The notes under the pieces: model-generated
Databases searched by the model: none
What the model was told of the DNA's origin: nothing
What the model saw: only the letters and a program-made list of their open reading frames with translations
Part shown: piece after piece, positions 43,948-53,370 of the stretch
Position numbering within the stretch: the first letter of the stretch is position 1
Layout of the letters: each line of letters starts with the position of its first letter
Position numbers and translations under genes: made by a program
Assembly: GCA_965221695.1 (NCBI GenBank)
Contig: OZ244905.1
Location: 2,272,001 to 2,336,000, forward strand
Direction of reading: 5' to 3'
Source of the DNA: Gammaproteobacteria bacterium
GTDB taxonomy: Bacteria > Pseudomonadota > Gammaproteobacteria > Eutrophobiales > Eutrophobiaceae
Length of the DNA: 64,000 nucleotides

Positions 43948-45495
43948 ATGAACGGAGCGGAAAGCCTTTTACGAACCCTGGTCAATAACGGCATCACCAC
44001 TTGCTTTACGAACCCGGGCACATCGGAGATGCAGTTTGTTGCAGCCGCGGATCGTGTGCCCGATATGCATTGTGTGCTGTGCCTGGCAGAGGGGGTCGCG
44101 TCAGGCGCGGCAGACGGTTACTCGAGGATGTCCGAGAGTTTGCCGGCGACGTTATTCCATCTCGGTCCCGGTCTTGCCAACGGCCTGGCAAATCTACACA
44201 ACGCAATGCGTGCCGGCGCGCCCATCGTCAACGTAGTCGGCGACCATGCAACCAGCCATAAACAGTATGACGCGCCGCTGGCATCGGATGTCGCCGCCTA
44301 TGCGCAACCGGTTTCCGCCTGGATAAAGGAAAGCAAGACCGCCGCAGACATACCGGCGGACGCGGTGGCGGCAATCACCGCGGCGATGCAGCCGCCGGGG
44401 CATGTGGCAACACTGATCATCCCGGCAGACTGTTCCTGGGACCCTTGCCCCGCCGATCCCGGTCAAAAAGCGCTCCGACCTTCCCGCCCCAGGGTAGCAG
44501 ATGACGCGGTGAAGGAAGTAGCGGAGGCGTTGCGCACGGGGGAACCGGCGGCATTGCTGCTGGGAGATCACGCGTTGCTGGAGGACGGAGCCAGGCTCGC
44601 GAGCGTGATCGGCAACCATCTGAATGTCCGGGTGTTTTCCCATACGTTTACGTCTCGCATCAGCCGTGGCGCCGGGCGCGCTAGTATCGAGCGCTTGCCG
44701 TATTTTCCCGAAGCGATTATCGAAACGCTGACGGGCATACGCCACCTCGTTATTGCCGGCACCAAGCCACCGGTCGGTTTCTTTGCCTACCCGAACTTGC
44801 CCAGCTACCTGGTTCCTGAAGACTGCCGGGTGCACCACCTGGCCGCGGCCGGTGACGATGTGGTCGACGCGCTGGCCAGGCTGATCGATGAACTCGGCGC
44901 GGGTGGGGTTTCCCCGATCCTGATGCCCCTGGAAAAACCGCCGCTGCCGGCGGGCAAGTTGTCACCTGAGACCATTGCCGTCAGCGTCGCCGCGCTGATG
45001 CCGGAGAATGCCGTGGTTGCGGAAGAAGCGATCAGTTCAGGCGGGAACCTGATACCCGCCACCGCCACGACCGAACCCCATGACTGGCTGTTCACCACCG
45101 GCGGCGCTATCGGCCAGGGTCTGCCCAATGCCACCGGCGCGGCGTTGGCCTGTCCGGATCGCAAGGTGCTGTGCATACAAGCGGACGGCAGCGGCATGTA
45201 CTCCCTGCAAGCGTTGTGGACCCAGGCCCGCGAATCGCTGGATGTTACCACCGTTGTCCTGGCCAACCGGAAATACCGCATCCTGAATATTGAATACCAA
45301 CGGGTCGGCGCCGGCGCACCGGGCGCCAAGGCCCGCTCCATGATGGATATAGATAACCCAACCCTGGACTGGGTCAGCCTGGCAAAAGGTATGGGCGTTC
45401 CCGCCTGCCAGGTAACGACCACTGAGGAATTGAACCGGCAACTGGCCGCCTACCTGGCGGAACCGGGCCCGAATTTGATCGAAGCGGTGATTTGA
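43948..45495 (+). CDS. TPP-dependent acetolactate synthase large-subunit-like protein
   Basis: NPGTSEM, HLGPGLANG, ADGS.MY..QALWT.ARE; no small subunit adjacent. Confidence 0.88.
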   Translation: MNGAESLLRTLVNNGITTCFTNPGTSEMQFVAAADRVPDMHCVLCLAEGVASGAADGYSRMSESLPATLFHLGPGLANGLANLHNAMRAGAPIVNVVGDHATSHKQYDAPLASDVAAYAQPVSAWIKESKTAADIPADAVAAITAAMQPPGHVATLIIPADCSWDPCPADPGQKALRPSRPRVADDAVKEVAEALRTGEPAALLLGDHALLEDGARLASVIGNHLNVRVFSHTFTSRISRGAGRASIERLPYFPEAIIETLTGIRHLVIAGTKPPVGFFAYPNLPSYLVPEDCRVHHLAAAGDDVVDALARLIDELGAGGVSPILMPLEKPPLPAGKLSPETIAVSVAALMPENAVVAEEAISSGGNLIPATATTEPHDWLFTTGGAIGQGLPNATGAALACPDRKVLCIQADGSGMYSLQALWTQARESLDVTTVVLANRKYRILNIEYQRVGAGAPGAKARSMMDIDNPTLDWVSLAKGMGVPACQVTTTEELNRQLAAYLAEPGPNLIEAVI

Positions 45496-45500
45496 GGACT

Positions 45501-45746
45501 AAAGAGTCGCCCTTCGGGCGACAAAGTATTGGACTGGACTCCCGCTTCCGTGGGAGTGGTACGGTGGCAGGGTTCGCGCAAGCGCCCCCCATCCCATTCC
45601 CGTGCAAACGGGAATCCAGTGAGACAATGGGTCGCCCTGGGGCGACACAGAATTATACTGGACTCCCGCTTCCGCGGGAGTGGTTCGGAGAAGGGGTTCG
45701 CGCAAGCGCCCCCGTCCCATTCCCGCGAAAGCGGGAATCCAGTGAG
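45501..45746 (+). repeat. Array of repeat family A (about 2 units)
   Basis: Alternating ACTCCC-N8-GGGAGT and ATTCCC-N8-GGGAAT hairpins with GTCGCCC..GGGCGAC between. Confidence 0.88.
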
Positions 45747-45810
45747 CAGACCTTCCTTATAGAGCAGATCCACCGGACTCCCATTGTTGTAGTAATGCTA
45801 GCGCCGGCGC

Positions 45811-46719
45811 TCAGACATGCTCCGTGCGGCTTACGTAACTGTGGCGCACGATGTAGATGCCGCTGCCAACGATGATGATGATCCCGGTCCAGGTATACGG
45901 GTCCGGGAGTTCCTGCCAGATGGTGTAGCCGGCGATGATGGTCCAGATCATGCGCAGGTAATCCAACGGCGCCATTACCGCTGGCCGCGCCAGGCGTAAC
46001 GCCTCTATGTAACAGCCCAGCGCTGCGGTTTGTGATACCCCCAGGATGGCGAATAGTAGCCAGTCCCCGGTTGACGGAACCGTCCAGTAGACCAGGGTCG
46101 GATAGCTGAACATGATGAGTCCGGCAACCGGCAGGTAGAAATTCAGCGACCAGCCGGTTTCGGTCGTGGACAGGTAGCGCGCGCTGGTCAGCATCAGGCT
46201 GATCAGGAAAGACATAAACAAGGTCGTCAGGTGTGCGATATGGAAGTGATCCGGGGTCGGCCGCAATACGAACAATACGCCGATGAAACCCAGTGTTATC
46301 GCAAACCAGCTCTGTTTCGCAACTTTTTCCTTCAACAACCAGGGAGAAAACAGGGCGACGAAAAAAGGAACAGAAAAGGTCAACGCCACGAACTCGGCCA
46401 GGGGAATGTGTTTCAGGCCGTAGAATATGCCCAATACCATGCCGCTGCTGACAATGCTGCGCGCTGCGTGCCATGCCGGACGCCGGGTCTTCAACTGGCC
46501 CAGGCTGGACGTGGCGGCAGCGGCACAGAGCAGCACGCAGATACCGACCGCGCTACGCATCCAGGTCACCTGCACGACCGGATAGATTGCCGTCAACCAT
46601 TTGCCGATGACGTCGGAAAGGCAGAAAAAGACCGTCGCCAGGAGCATGAAAACGGCCGCCAGGAAGGGCCGGTGCTGACGTTCGATAGCTGTCCCGGAAC
46701 CCGGGCCGGGATTAGTCAC
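45811..46719 (-). CDS. DMT/EamA-family transporter
   Basis: About 10 hydrophobic segments, LLKEKV, APLDYLR..W. Confidence 0.88.
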   Translation of the reverse strand: MTNPGPGSGTAIERQHRPFLAAVFMLLATVFFCLSDVIGKWLTAIYPVVQVTWMRSAVGICVLLCAAAATSSLGQLKTRRPAWHAARSIVSSGMVLGIFYGLKHIPLAEFVALTFSVPFFVALFSPWLLKEKVAKQSWFAITLGFIGVLFVLRPTPDHFHIAHLTTLFMSFLISLMLTSARYLSTTETGWSLNFYLPVAGLIMFSYPTLVYWTVPSTGDWLLFAILGVSQTAALGCYIEALRLARPAVMAPLDYLRMIWTIIAGYTIWQELPDPYTWTGIIIIVGSGIYIVRHSYVSRTEHV

Positions 46720-46727
46720 AGGTTTTC

Positions 46728-47672
46728 CTAATCGAGCTTATCCAGTTCGGCAGAAAGCGCCGGCAGGGCCTGGAACAGGTCCGCGACCAGGCCGTAGTCG
46801 GCGACCTCGAATATTGGCGCTTCCTCATCCTTGTTGATGGCAACGATCACCTTGCTTTCTTTCATGCCGGCCAGGTGTTGGATGGCGCCGGATATGCCTA
46901 TCGCGATATACAGGTCGGGCGCGACGATCTTGCCGGTCTGGCCCACCTGGTAATCATTCGAGACGTAGCCCGCATCGACCGCGGCGCGTGATGCGCCGAT
47001 GGCTGCCCCAAGTTTGTCTGCCACTTCCTCAAGCATGCGAAAGTTCTCGCCGCTGCCGAAACCGCGCCCGCCAGAGAGGATGATTTTGGCGCTGGTAAGC
47101 TCGGGACGTTCCGATTCCGGGCTCTCCAGGCTGACGAAGCCGGACAGACCGGCCGGCTCGGGCATGTTGGCGACGCTCTCGACGCCCGCCGAACCGCCCT
47201 CAGCGCCTACCGCGTCAAAATTGGTGGCGCGCACGGTAATGATTTTGACGGCATCATTACTCTTCACCGTGGCCAATGCATTGCCGGCATAGATGGGGCG
47301 CACGAACGTGTCGGCAGAATCTATCTGGACGATGTCCGCGATCATGTTCACGTCAAGCAGCGCCGCCACCCGCGGCATCAGATTTTTACCGAATGTGTTT
47401 GCCGGCGCCAGGACATGCGTCATGCCTTCACAGCAGACCGCCACCAAAGGCGCCAGCTCCTCGGCCAGTCCGTGTTCATAGTGCGGCGCATCGGCGTGCA
47501 ACACCCGGTTGACCCCGGCGATAACCGCGCCGGCATCAGCGGCCGCCCTGCAATTGCTGCCTGCCACAAGCAGTGTTATCTCTCCGCCCAGTTGCGCGGC
47601 TGCGCCCAAGGTATTCAGCGTGGCGCCCCTGATCGCGTTGTTGTCGTGTTCAGCAATAACCAGGATACCCAT
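46728..47672 (-). CDS. etfA: Electron transfer flavoprotein alpha subunit
   Basis: [27 protein letters not shown]. Confidence 0.96.
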   Translation of the reverse strand: MGILVIAEHDNNAIRGATLNTLGAAAQLGGEITLLVAGSNCRAAADAGAVIAGVNRVLHADAPHYEHGLAEELAPLVAVCCEGMTHVLAPANTFGKNLMPRVAALLDVNMIADIVQIDSADTFVRPIYAGNALATVKSNDAVKIITVRATNFDAVGAEGGSAGVESVANMPEPAGLSGFVSLESPESERPELTSAKIILSGGRGFGSGENFRMLEEVADKLGAAIGASRAAVDAGYVSNDYQVGQTGKIVAPDLYIAIGISGAIQHLAGMKESKVIVAINKDEEAPIFEVADYGLVADLFQALPALSAELDKLD

Positions 47673-47673
47673 C

Positions 47674-48423
47674 TCAAATCACCCTCGCTTCGTTATGCAG
47701 TTTATCGACCAGTTCCTGCACATCCGCGACCCTGATTCCCGCTGAGCGGCCCGGAGGATCTGCGACATGGAGAACCTCTATGCTGGGGGTCACATCTATG
47801 CCCAGCTCATCGGGTGTCATCACGTCAAGCGGTTTTTTCTTGGCTTTCATAATGTTCGGCAGTTTCACGTACCTGGGTTCATTCAAACGCAGGTCGGTGG
47901 TAACAACAGCCGGCAGGCTTACATCCACCGTCTCCAGTCCGTCATCCACCTCGCGCGCAACCCGCAGTCCTTCGCCGCTGAACTCAATGCTGGATGCAAA
48001 CGTGGCCTGGGGCCAGCCGAGCAAGGCCGACACCATCTGCCCGGTCTGGTTGTTATCGTCGTCAATGGCCTGTTTCCCGGTAATGATAAGTCCCGGCCGT
48101 TCTTTCTCGGCGATTGCTTTGAGCAGTTTGGCAATCGCCAGGGGCTGCGTTGCCACATCCGTCTCGACCAATATTGCCCGGTCGGCGCCCATCGCCAGCG
48201 CGGTGCGCAGAATATCCTGACACTGGCGCCCGCCGATGGTCACAACAACGATTTCATCTGCCTTACCGGCTTCCACAATTCGCACCGCCTCTTCCACCGC
48301 GATCTCACAGAACGGGTTCATGGACATCTTTACGTTGGCCGTTTCCACGCCACTGCCGTCTTTTTTCACCCGCACACGAACGTTGTAATCGACCACGCGT
48401 TTAATGGGCACCAGAATTTTCAT
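47674..48423 (-). CDS. etfB: Electron transfer flavoprotein beta subunit
   Basis: [35 protein letters not shown]. Confidence 0.96.
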   Translation of the reverse strand: MKILVPIKRVVDYNVRVRVKKDGSGVETANVKMSMNPFCEIAVEEAVRIVEAGKADEIVVVTIGGRQCQDILRTALAMGADRAILVETDVATQPLAIAKLLKAIAEKERPGLIITGKQAIDDDNNQTGQMVSALLGWPQATFASSIEFSGEGLRVAREVDDGLETVDVSLPAVVTTDLRLNEPRYVKLPNIMKAKKKPLDVMTPDELGIDVTPSIEVLHVADPPGRSAGIRVADVQELVDKLHNEARVI

Positions 48424-48502
48424 GCTTGCTCTCTTTATTGAAATTGACTTGGAATGCGCAGCGCGCTGACAACTTATGAGCCTGTCCCGTTGATACGGAA
48501 GC

Positions 48503-48524
48503 GGACTTGTTCAGAGTTTCTCTA
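48503..48524. repeat. Single end of MITE family B
   Basis: GGACTTGTTCAGAGTTTCTCTA. Confidence 0.55.
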
Positions 48525-48594
48525 TAAAAGAGAATAAGGATACATGGGGAGTTCCTTGGACACAATATTTAATTCAGGCCGACTCCCGGCGTTA

Positions 48595-48965
48595 CCCATT
48601 CCCGCGTAAGCGGGAATCCAGTGAGACAAAGGGTCGTCCTGCGGACGACACAGTATTCGACTGGACTCCCGCTTCCGCGGGAGTGGAAAGGTGGCGATGT
48701 TCACGCAAGCACCCCCCCATCCCATTCCCGTGAAAACGGGAATCCAGTGAGACAAGGGGTCGCCCTTCGGGCGACACAGTATTTAACTGGACTCCCACTT
48801 CCGCGGGAGTGGTAAGGTGGCGATGTTCACGGAAGTACCCCCATCCCATTCCCGTGGAAACGGGAATCCAGTGAGACAAAGGGTCGCCCTTCGGGCGACA
48901 CAATATTCGACTGGACTCCCGCTTCCGCGGGAGTGGTATTGTAGCGGTGTGCACGGAAGCGCCCT
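48595..48965 (+). repeat. Array of repeat family A (3 units, periods 126 and 124 bp)
   Basis: GGGAATCCAG recurs, with TCCAG at 48617, 48743 and 48867. Confidence 0.92.
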
Positions 48966-49023
48966 GATCATAAGGGTTTGGAGTACAATGCAGCACGGGA
49001 CATCTATTCGTGAGAATCACAGC

Positions 49024-50058
49024 ATGACCATCGAATTCGGAATTTTTGACCACCTGGACCTGCGTGCTGAGCCGTTGCACAAGACTTACACTGAGCGGAT
49101 CAGAATAGCCCAGGCGGCGGAGGCTGCGGGTTTCAGAGGCTATCACCTGGCGGAGCACCATAGCACGCCTCTGGGCGCGGCGCCATCGCCCGGAATTTTC
49201 CTGGCGGCGTTGGCGCAGGCAACATCCAACATACGCATCGGCCCCCTGGTGTACCTTGTTCCACTTTATATTCCGCTACGGCTTATTGAAGAGATTTGTA
49301 TGCTGGACCATCTCAGCAACGGTCGCCTGGAAGTCGGTCTGGGTCGCGGCGTGTCGCCGATAGAGGTGGCGTTCTTCGGTGTTGAGCCGGATGCCGCCAC
49401 AGACATGTTCATTGAGGGGGTGGACTTGATCATCCAGGGATTGAGCTGCTCAAGGTTGACTTATAAAGGCAAGCATTACCGGTACGAAAACGTGCCCATG
49501 GTTTTGCAAACAGTACAGTCGCCGCTGCCACTGTGGAGTGCGTCGATGTCGCCCCAGGGCCAGGCTGAAGCCGCCAAACGGGGCATGCACACGATTTCTC
49601 TTGGGTCTACTGAGGTTATTCGCCAGACCAGCGAGAACTACCGGGCAGAGTGGCACGCGAACAAGGACGATCCCTTGCGTCCTGCCGGTGTGCCCACAGA
49701 ACCGTTTGTGGGGGCCTGGCGCATGTTATACGTGCATCAGGATGAACGCAAAGCGGAGGCAGTAGCGCGTCAGGCCTATAACGACTGGTTCGCGAAGCTG
49801 CACAAGTTATGGGTCGAAAACAATGTTGAGGCGCCGCACCTGGGCCCGATTTCCCGTTTTGAAACGGCCGAGGAAATTGGCATGATCGTGCACGGCAGCG
49901 CGTCCAGGGTGGCGGATGCCCTGGCGCGGCAGGTGGAGGTCACCGGTGTAAATTACCTGGCGCTGCAACCTGCATTCGGTGACATCGGGCACGACGAGGA
50001 GATGCGCTCGCTGGCGCGGTTTGCGGACCAGGTGATGCCGCAGTTGACAAGTCTCTGA
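49024..50058 (+). CDS. LLM-class (luciferase-like) flavin-dependent oxidoreductase
   Basis: AEHH, P.RL.EE..MLD.LS.GR.E.G.GRG, FA..VMP. Confidence 0.9.
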   Translation: MTIEFGIFDHLDLRAEPLHKTYTERIRIAQAAEAAGFRGYHLAEHHSTPLGAAPSPGIFLAALAQATSNIRIGPLVYLVPLYIPLRLIEEICMLDHLSNGRLEVGLGRGVSPIEVAFFGVEPDAATDMFIEGVDLIIQGLSCSRLTYKGKHYRYENVPMVLQTVQSPLPLWSASMSPQGQAEAAKRGMHTISLGSTEVIRQTSENYRAEWHANKDDPLRPAGVPTEPFVGAWRMLYVHQDERKAEAVARQAYNDWFAKLHKLWVENNVEAPHLGPISRFETAEEIGMIVHGSASRVADALARQVEVTGVNYLALQPAFGDIGHDEEMRSLARFADQVMPQLTSL

Positions 50059-50122
50059 ATGGATAACCGCCTGACACAACGCCACGGCCGTTGTGGCGTT
50101 GTGTACAGGCCCGTTAAACAGG

Positions 50123-52567
50123 TCAGAAGTCGTAGCGCAGGTTCACCCCGTAGAAGGCCTTGCCGCCGTTGGGGTTGCGGCACTCCGCCATGTAATTGAG
50201 CGAGCCGTTCAATTCTACGCTGCCGCAGGTTTTCTCGGCGGTGATATTGTCTATCCAGAAGGCAACTTGGTATTGCTGTTCGCCGCCGAATTCGTAGGTC
50301 GCCCGGGCGTTCCACTGCCAACTGTCGTTGATGGTGGTTATCCTTGAACCGCTGGAGGCGCCGTTACGCTCATCCATCCAGTGAATGTTGGTTTGCAGGG
50401 AGACCAGGCCATTGCCAACGGGGAAGGTCTTGATGATAAGGCCCGTCAGACTCCACTCCGGGGAATGCGGCAGGGGCGCGCCCTCAACCGGTGTCACCAG
50501 GGTGCCGGCGTCCTTGATCTCGGTGTCCAGCCAGCCCACGCCCGCCTGGATATACAAGCTGTCCGTCGGCGTCCACTTGATGTCGATCTCTGCGCCTATC
50601 AGCTCGCTTTCCGGGATGTTCAGAAAGGCTACACGGCCAAGATTGTCCACGTCAAAAACCTGCAAGTCGTCCCATTGGTAGAAAAAGACTGCGCCGTTAA
50701 GGTCCAGCGCGCCATCGGCAAGGGTTGACTTAACGCCAACTTCATAAGCGTCGAGAAATTCCGCTTCCGTCGGTTGGTCGGCTGTTCCCTGGAAGGCCGC
50801 CAGCGCGCGGGTGTCGAAAGCGCCTGATTTGAAACCGCGGGAGTAACTGGCATAACCCATGATGTCATCGGTGAAACGATAGTCTATCCCGGCTTTGCCG
50901 CCCCATTCGGTCAGTACCTGTTTGACGGGGATGTCGGAACGGCAAGGCAGGCCTCCCACCGGCGGCGGACAAGGCCGGCTGCCGTCGGCGGCCGCAAGCG
51001 TGATCTGGTCGAACATGTCCAGGTCGATATAGGTGCTGAGGCCCAAAGGCGCGCCCACAGGCGTACCGTTGTCGGTCTTGGCCGCGACGCGGGCGGCGCT
51101 GTTGCCGGTCTTGCGGTCGTCGGTGTAACGCAAGCCCAGCGTAAGTGTCGCCTTATCCGTAAAATCGTATTCAACCTGCCCATAGCCTGACCAGACATCC
51201 ACCTCCTGGTCGATCGCGATGGAGGGAACAATGCCGAACGGCGCGCCGCCGCTGTCTGTCCGATAAATAATCGTGGCCAGGCGGCTGTCGTCATTGGAAT
51301 AGTACCCGCCGGCGATCCAACGAAAAGCGCCGTCATTCGCGGAAGTTAAACGAATTTCCTGGGAAAACACCTCGGTATGCCCGCTTTGTCCCGGCATGAA
51401 ACCCTGGCCGGTTGAAATACCGCTGAGCGTCTGGTTGTATTCCACCGTCATTTGATCATACGCGGTGATGGAAACGATGCTCATGTTGTCCAGTTCATGG
51501 GTGACCCGCAAAAAGCCGCCTTCGAAATTCACATCCGCCCGGTCCGATGCGCCGTCCTGTACGTTGCGCCAGCCATCCAGCGTCGGACTTTCCGTTTGGC
51601 CGCCGGTAAAAGGGAGTACCGTCAGGCAGTCGCTGGCGCCTTTGAACTGGCTGGAACCGCCCCTGAGTACGCTCGGACAGTCGATGGGCGCGCCGGCGAG
51701 CGCCGCCGGCGTGGCGACGCCATCCACGACATTGGGGCCGTCTGGGTCCCAATAACCGATGGCCTTGCTGGGAACACGACCACTTCGATTGTAACCGACA
51801 TGGCCGTTAACAAGGATTTCAGTCCTGTCACTGATATCAACCAGGAGTTGCACGCGTCCGGAACTGCGTTCTATATCGCCCATTTTCTTGCCGTTGAAGG
51901 CGTTATGGAAAATGCCGTCGCGATTCACGGTCTGGCCGGCTATGCGCAGGGCCGCACGATCACCGAACGGTATGTTCAGCGCGCCTTCCACATCAATGCG
52001 CCCTTCATTGCCGATATTGGTAAAGCCATAACCCTCAATGCCGGCGGTGCTGGGTTTGCGCGAGATGTAATTGACTGCGCCGCCCGTCGTGTTGCGACCA
52101 AACAACGTATTCTGAGGACCGCGCAATACCTCTACCCGTTCCATATCGAACAGCCCGAGCTGACTCGTAAACGGGCTGAACAGTGAAACCTCGTCCTGGT
52201 ACTGACCCACCGCGTGCAACCCGGTGATGTGCCAGTTATTGGTGCCGACACCGCGTATGGTTACGCCGGTGTTGATGGAACTGTTGTTCTGCAGACTCAG
52301 GTTCGGAAACAGCGTTACCAGGTCGTCAGTATCCTGTACCCCGAGCGCATCGAGCTGATCGCCAACAATGGCGTTGATCGCGATAGGCACATCCTGCACA
52401 GACTCAGCGCGCTTTTGCGCGGTGACGACCACTTCCTCCAGCCAAATGTTGTCCTGAGCATACGCCGGCGCCGAGGTCAGGGCCACTGTCAGGGTCAGGG
52501 CTACCGAAAGTTGTTTCCCCATTGAATAATTGAGTTTTGATGGTAATGCGGTTAGTGATAGTTTCAT
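50123..52567 (-). CDS. TonB-dependent receptor
   Basis: Signal peptide, EEVVVTAQKR, VEVLRGPQNTLFGRN, C-terminal YDF. Confidence 0.93.
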   Translation of the reverse strand: MKLSLTALPSKLNYSMGKQLSVALTLTVALTSAPAYAQDNIWLEEVVVTAQKRAESVQDVPIAINAIVGDQLDALGVQDTDDLVTLFPNLSLQNNSSINTGVTIRGVGTNNWHITGLHAVGQYQDEVSLFSPFTSQLGLFDMERVEVLRGPQNTLFGRNTTGGAVNYISRKPSTAGIEGYGFTNIGNEGRIDVEGALNIPFGDRAALRIAGQTVNRDGIFHNAFNGKKMGDIERSSGRVQLLVDISDRTEILVNGHVGYNRSGRVPSKAIGYWDPDGPNVVDGVATPAALAGAPIDCPSVLRGGSSQFKGASDCLTVLPFTGGQTESPTLDGWRNVQDGASDRADVNFEGGFLRVTHELDNMSIVSITAYDQMTVEYNQTLSGISTGQGFMPGQSGHTEVFSQEIRLTSANDGAFRWIAGGYYSNDDSRLATIIYRTDSGGAPFGIVPSIAIDQEVDVWSGYGQVEYDFTDKATLTLGLRYTDDRKTGNSAARVAAKTDNGTPVGAPLGLSTYIDLDMFDQITLAAADGSRPCPPPVGGLPCRSDIPVKQVLTEWGGKAGIDYRFTDDIMGYASYSRGFKSGAFDTRALAAFQGTADQPTEAEFLDAYEVGVKSTLADGALDLNGAVFFYQWDDLQVFDVDNLGRVAFLNIPESELIGAEIDIKWTPTDSLYIQAGVGWLDTEIKDAGTLVTPVEGAPLPHSPEWSLTGLIIKTFPVGNGLVSLQTNIHWMDERNGASSGSRITTINDSWQWNARATYEFGGEQQYQVAFWIDNITAEKTCGSVELNGSLNYMAECRNPNGGKAFYGVNLRYDF

Positions 52568-52685
52568 TGATTATCCCGCCTGTATGATTATGTTTTTTTT
52601 TGGATTGTCAGCTAAAAACGGGCGCATTTTATCATATTCTCGATCGAATTTTTGCTGTGTTAATGTTACTAACAGACCTGCGTCG

Positions 52686-53196
52686 CATCCCATTCTCGCG
52701 GAAGCGGGAATCCAGTGAGACAAGGGGTCGCCCTTCGGGCGACACAGTATTGTCCTGGACTCCCGTTTGCACGGGAGTGGTACGGTGGCAGGGCACGCGT
52801 GAGTGCTCTCTATCCGATTCCGGCGGAAGCGGGAATCCAGTGAGACAAGGGGTCGCCCTTCGGGCGACACAGTATTGTCCTGGACTCCCGTTTGCACGGG
52901 AGTGGTACGGTGACAGGGCACGCGTGAGTGCTCTCTATCCGCTTCCGGCGGAAGCGGGAATCCAGAGAGACAAAGGGTCGCTCTTCGGACGATACAGTGT
53001 TTGACTGGACTCCCGCTTTCGCGGGAGTGGTACGGTGGCGGGGCACGCGTGAGTGCTCCCTATCCCATTCCCGCGGAAGCGGGAATCCAGTGAGACAAAG
53101 GGTCGCCCTTCGGGCGACACGGTATTAGACTGGACTCCCGTTTGCACGGGAGTGGTACGGTGGTGTGGCGCCCGGTAGCGCCCCCATCCCATTCCG
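52686..53196 (+). repeat. Array of repeat family A (4 units, exact 125-bp period)
   Basis: TCCAG at 52711, 52836, 52961 and 53086. Confidence 0.94.
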
Positions 53197-53233
53197 CTGA
53201 TGGTTTATTTTTGTCTATGATCTCATATAATGT

Positions 53234-53316
53234 GGACTTGATCAGAGCTTCCTTAGGTAATTCTTTGACTATGGGGATATATTTAGGGAAACTCTGACTT
53301 AATCAGAGGTTCCTTA
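53234..53316. repeat. MITE family B end (53234-53256) plus minimal palindromic copy (53284-53316)
   Basis: GGACTTGATCAGAGCTTCCTTAG and TAGGGAAACTCTGACTTAATCAGAGGTTCCTTA. Confidence 0.72.
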
Positions 53317-53370
53317 GGTGGGTTGGTTATTTACGGATCAAGAGTTGGCGCTTTTTTGAGGGGATTTTTG

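Noticed and set aside
48592-49023. Small ORFs in the repeat arrays (LDSRFRGNG / PLPRKRESS peptides) and the LLM N-terminal extension
   Set aside because: Artefacts of stop-poor palindromic repeats; no SD or coding signature
52686-53196. CRISPR array interpretation of the periodic repeats (also 48595-48965)
   Set aside because: Whole 125-bp units are repeated, with no unique spacers and no cas genes in the window
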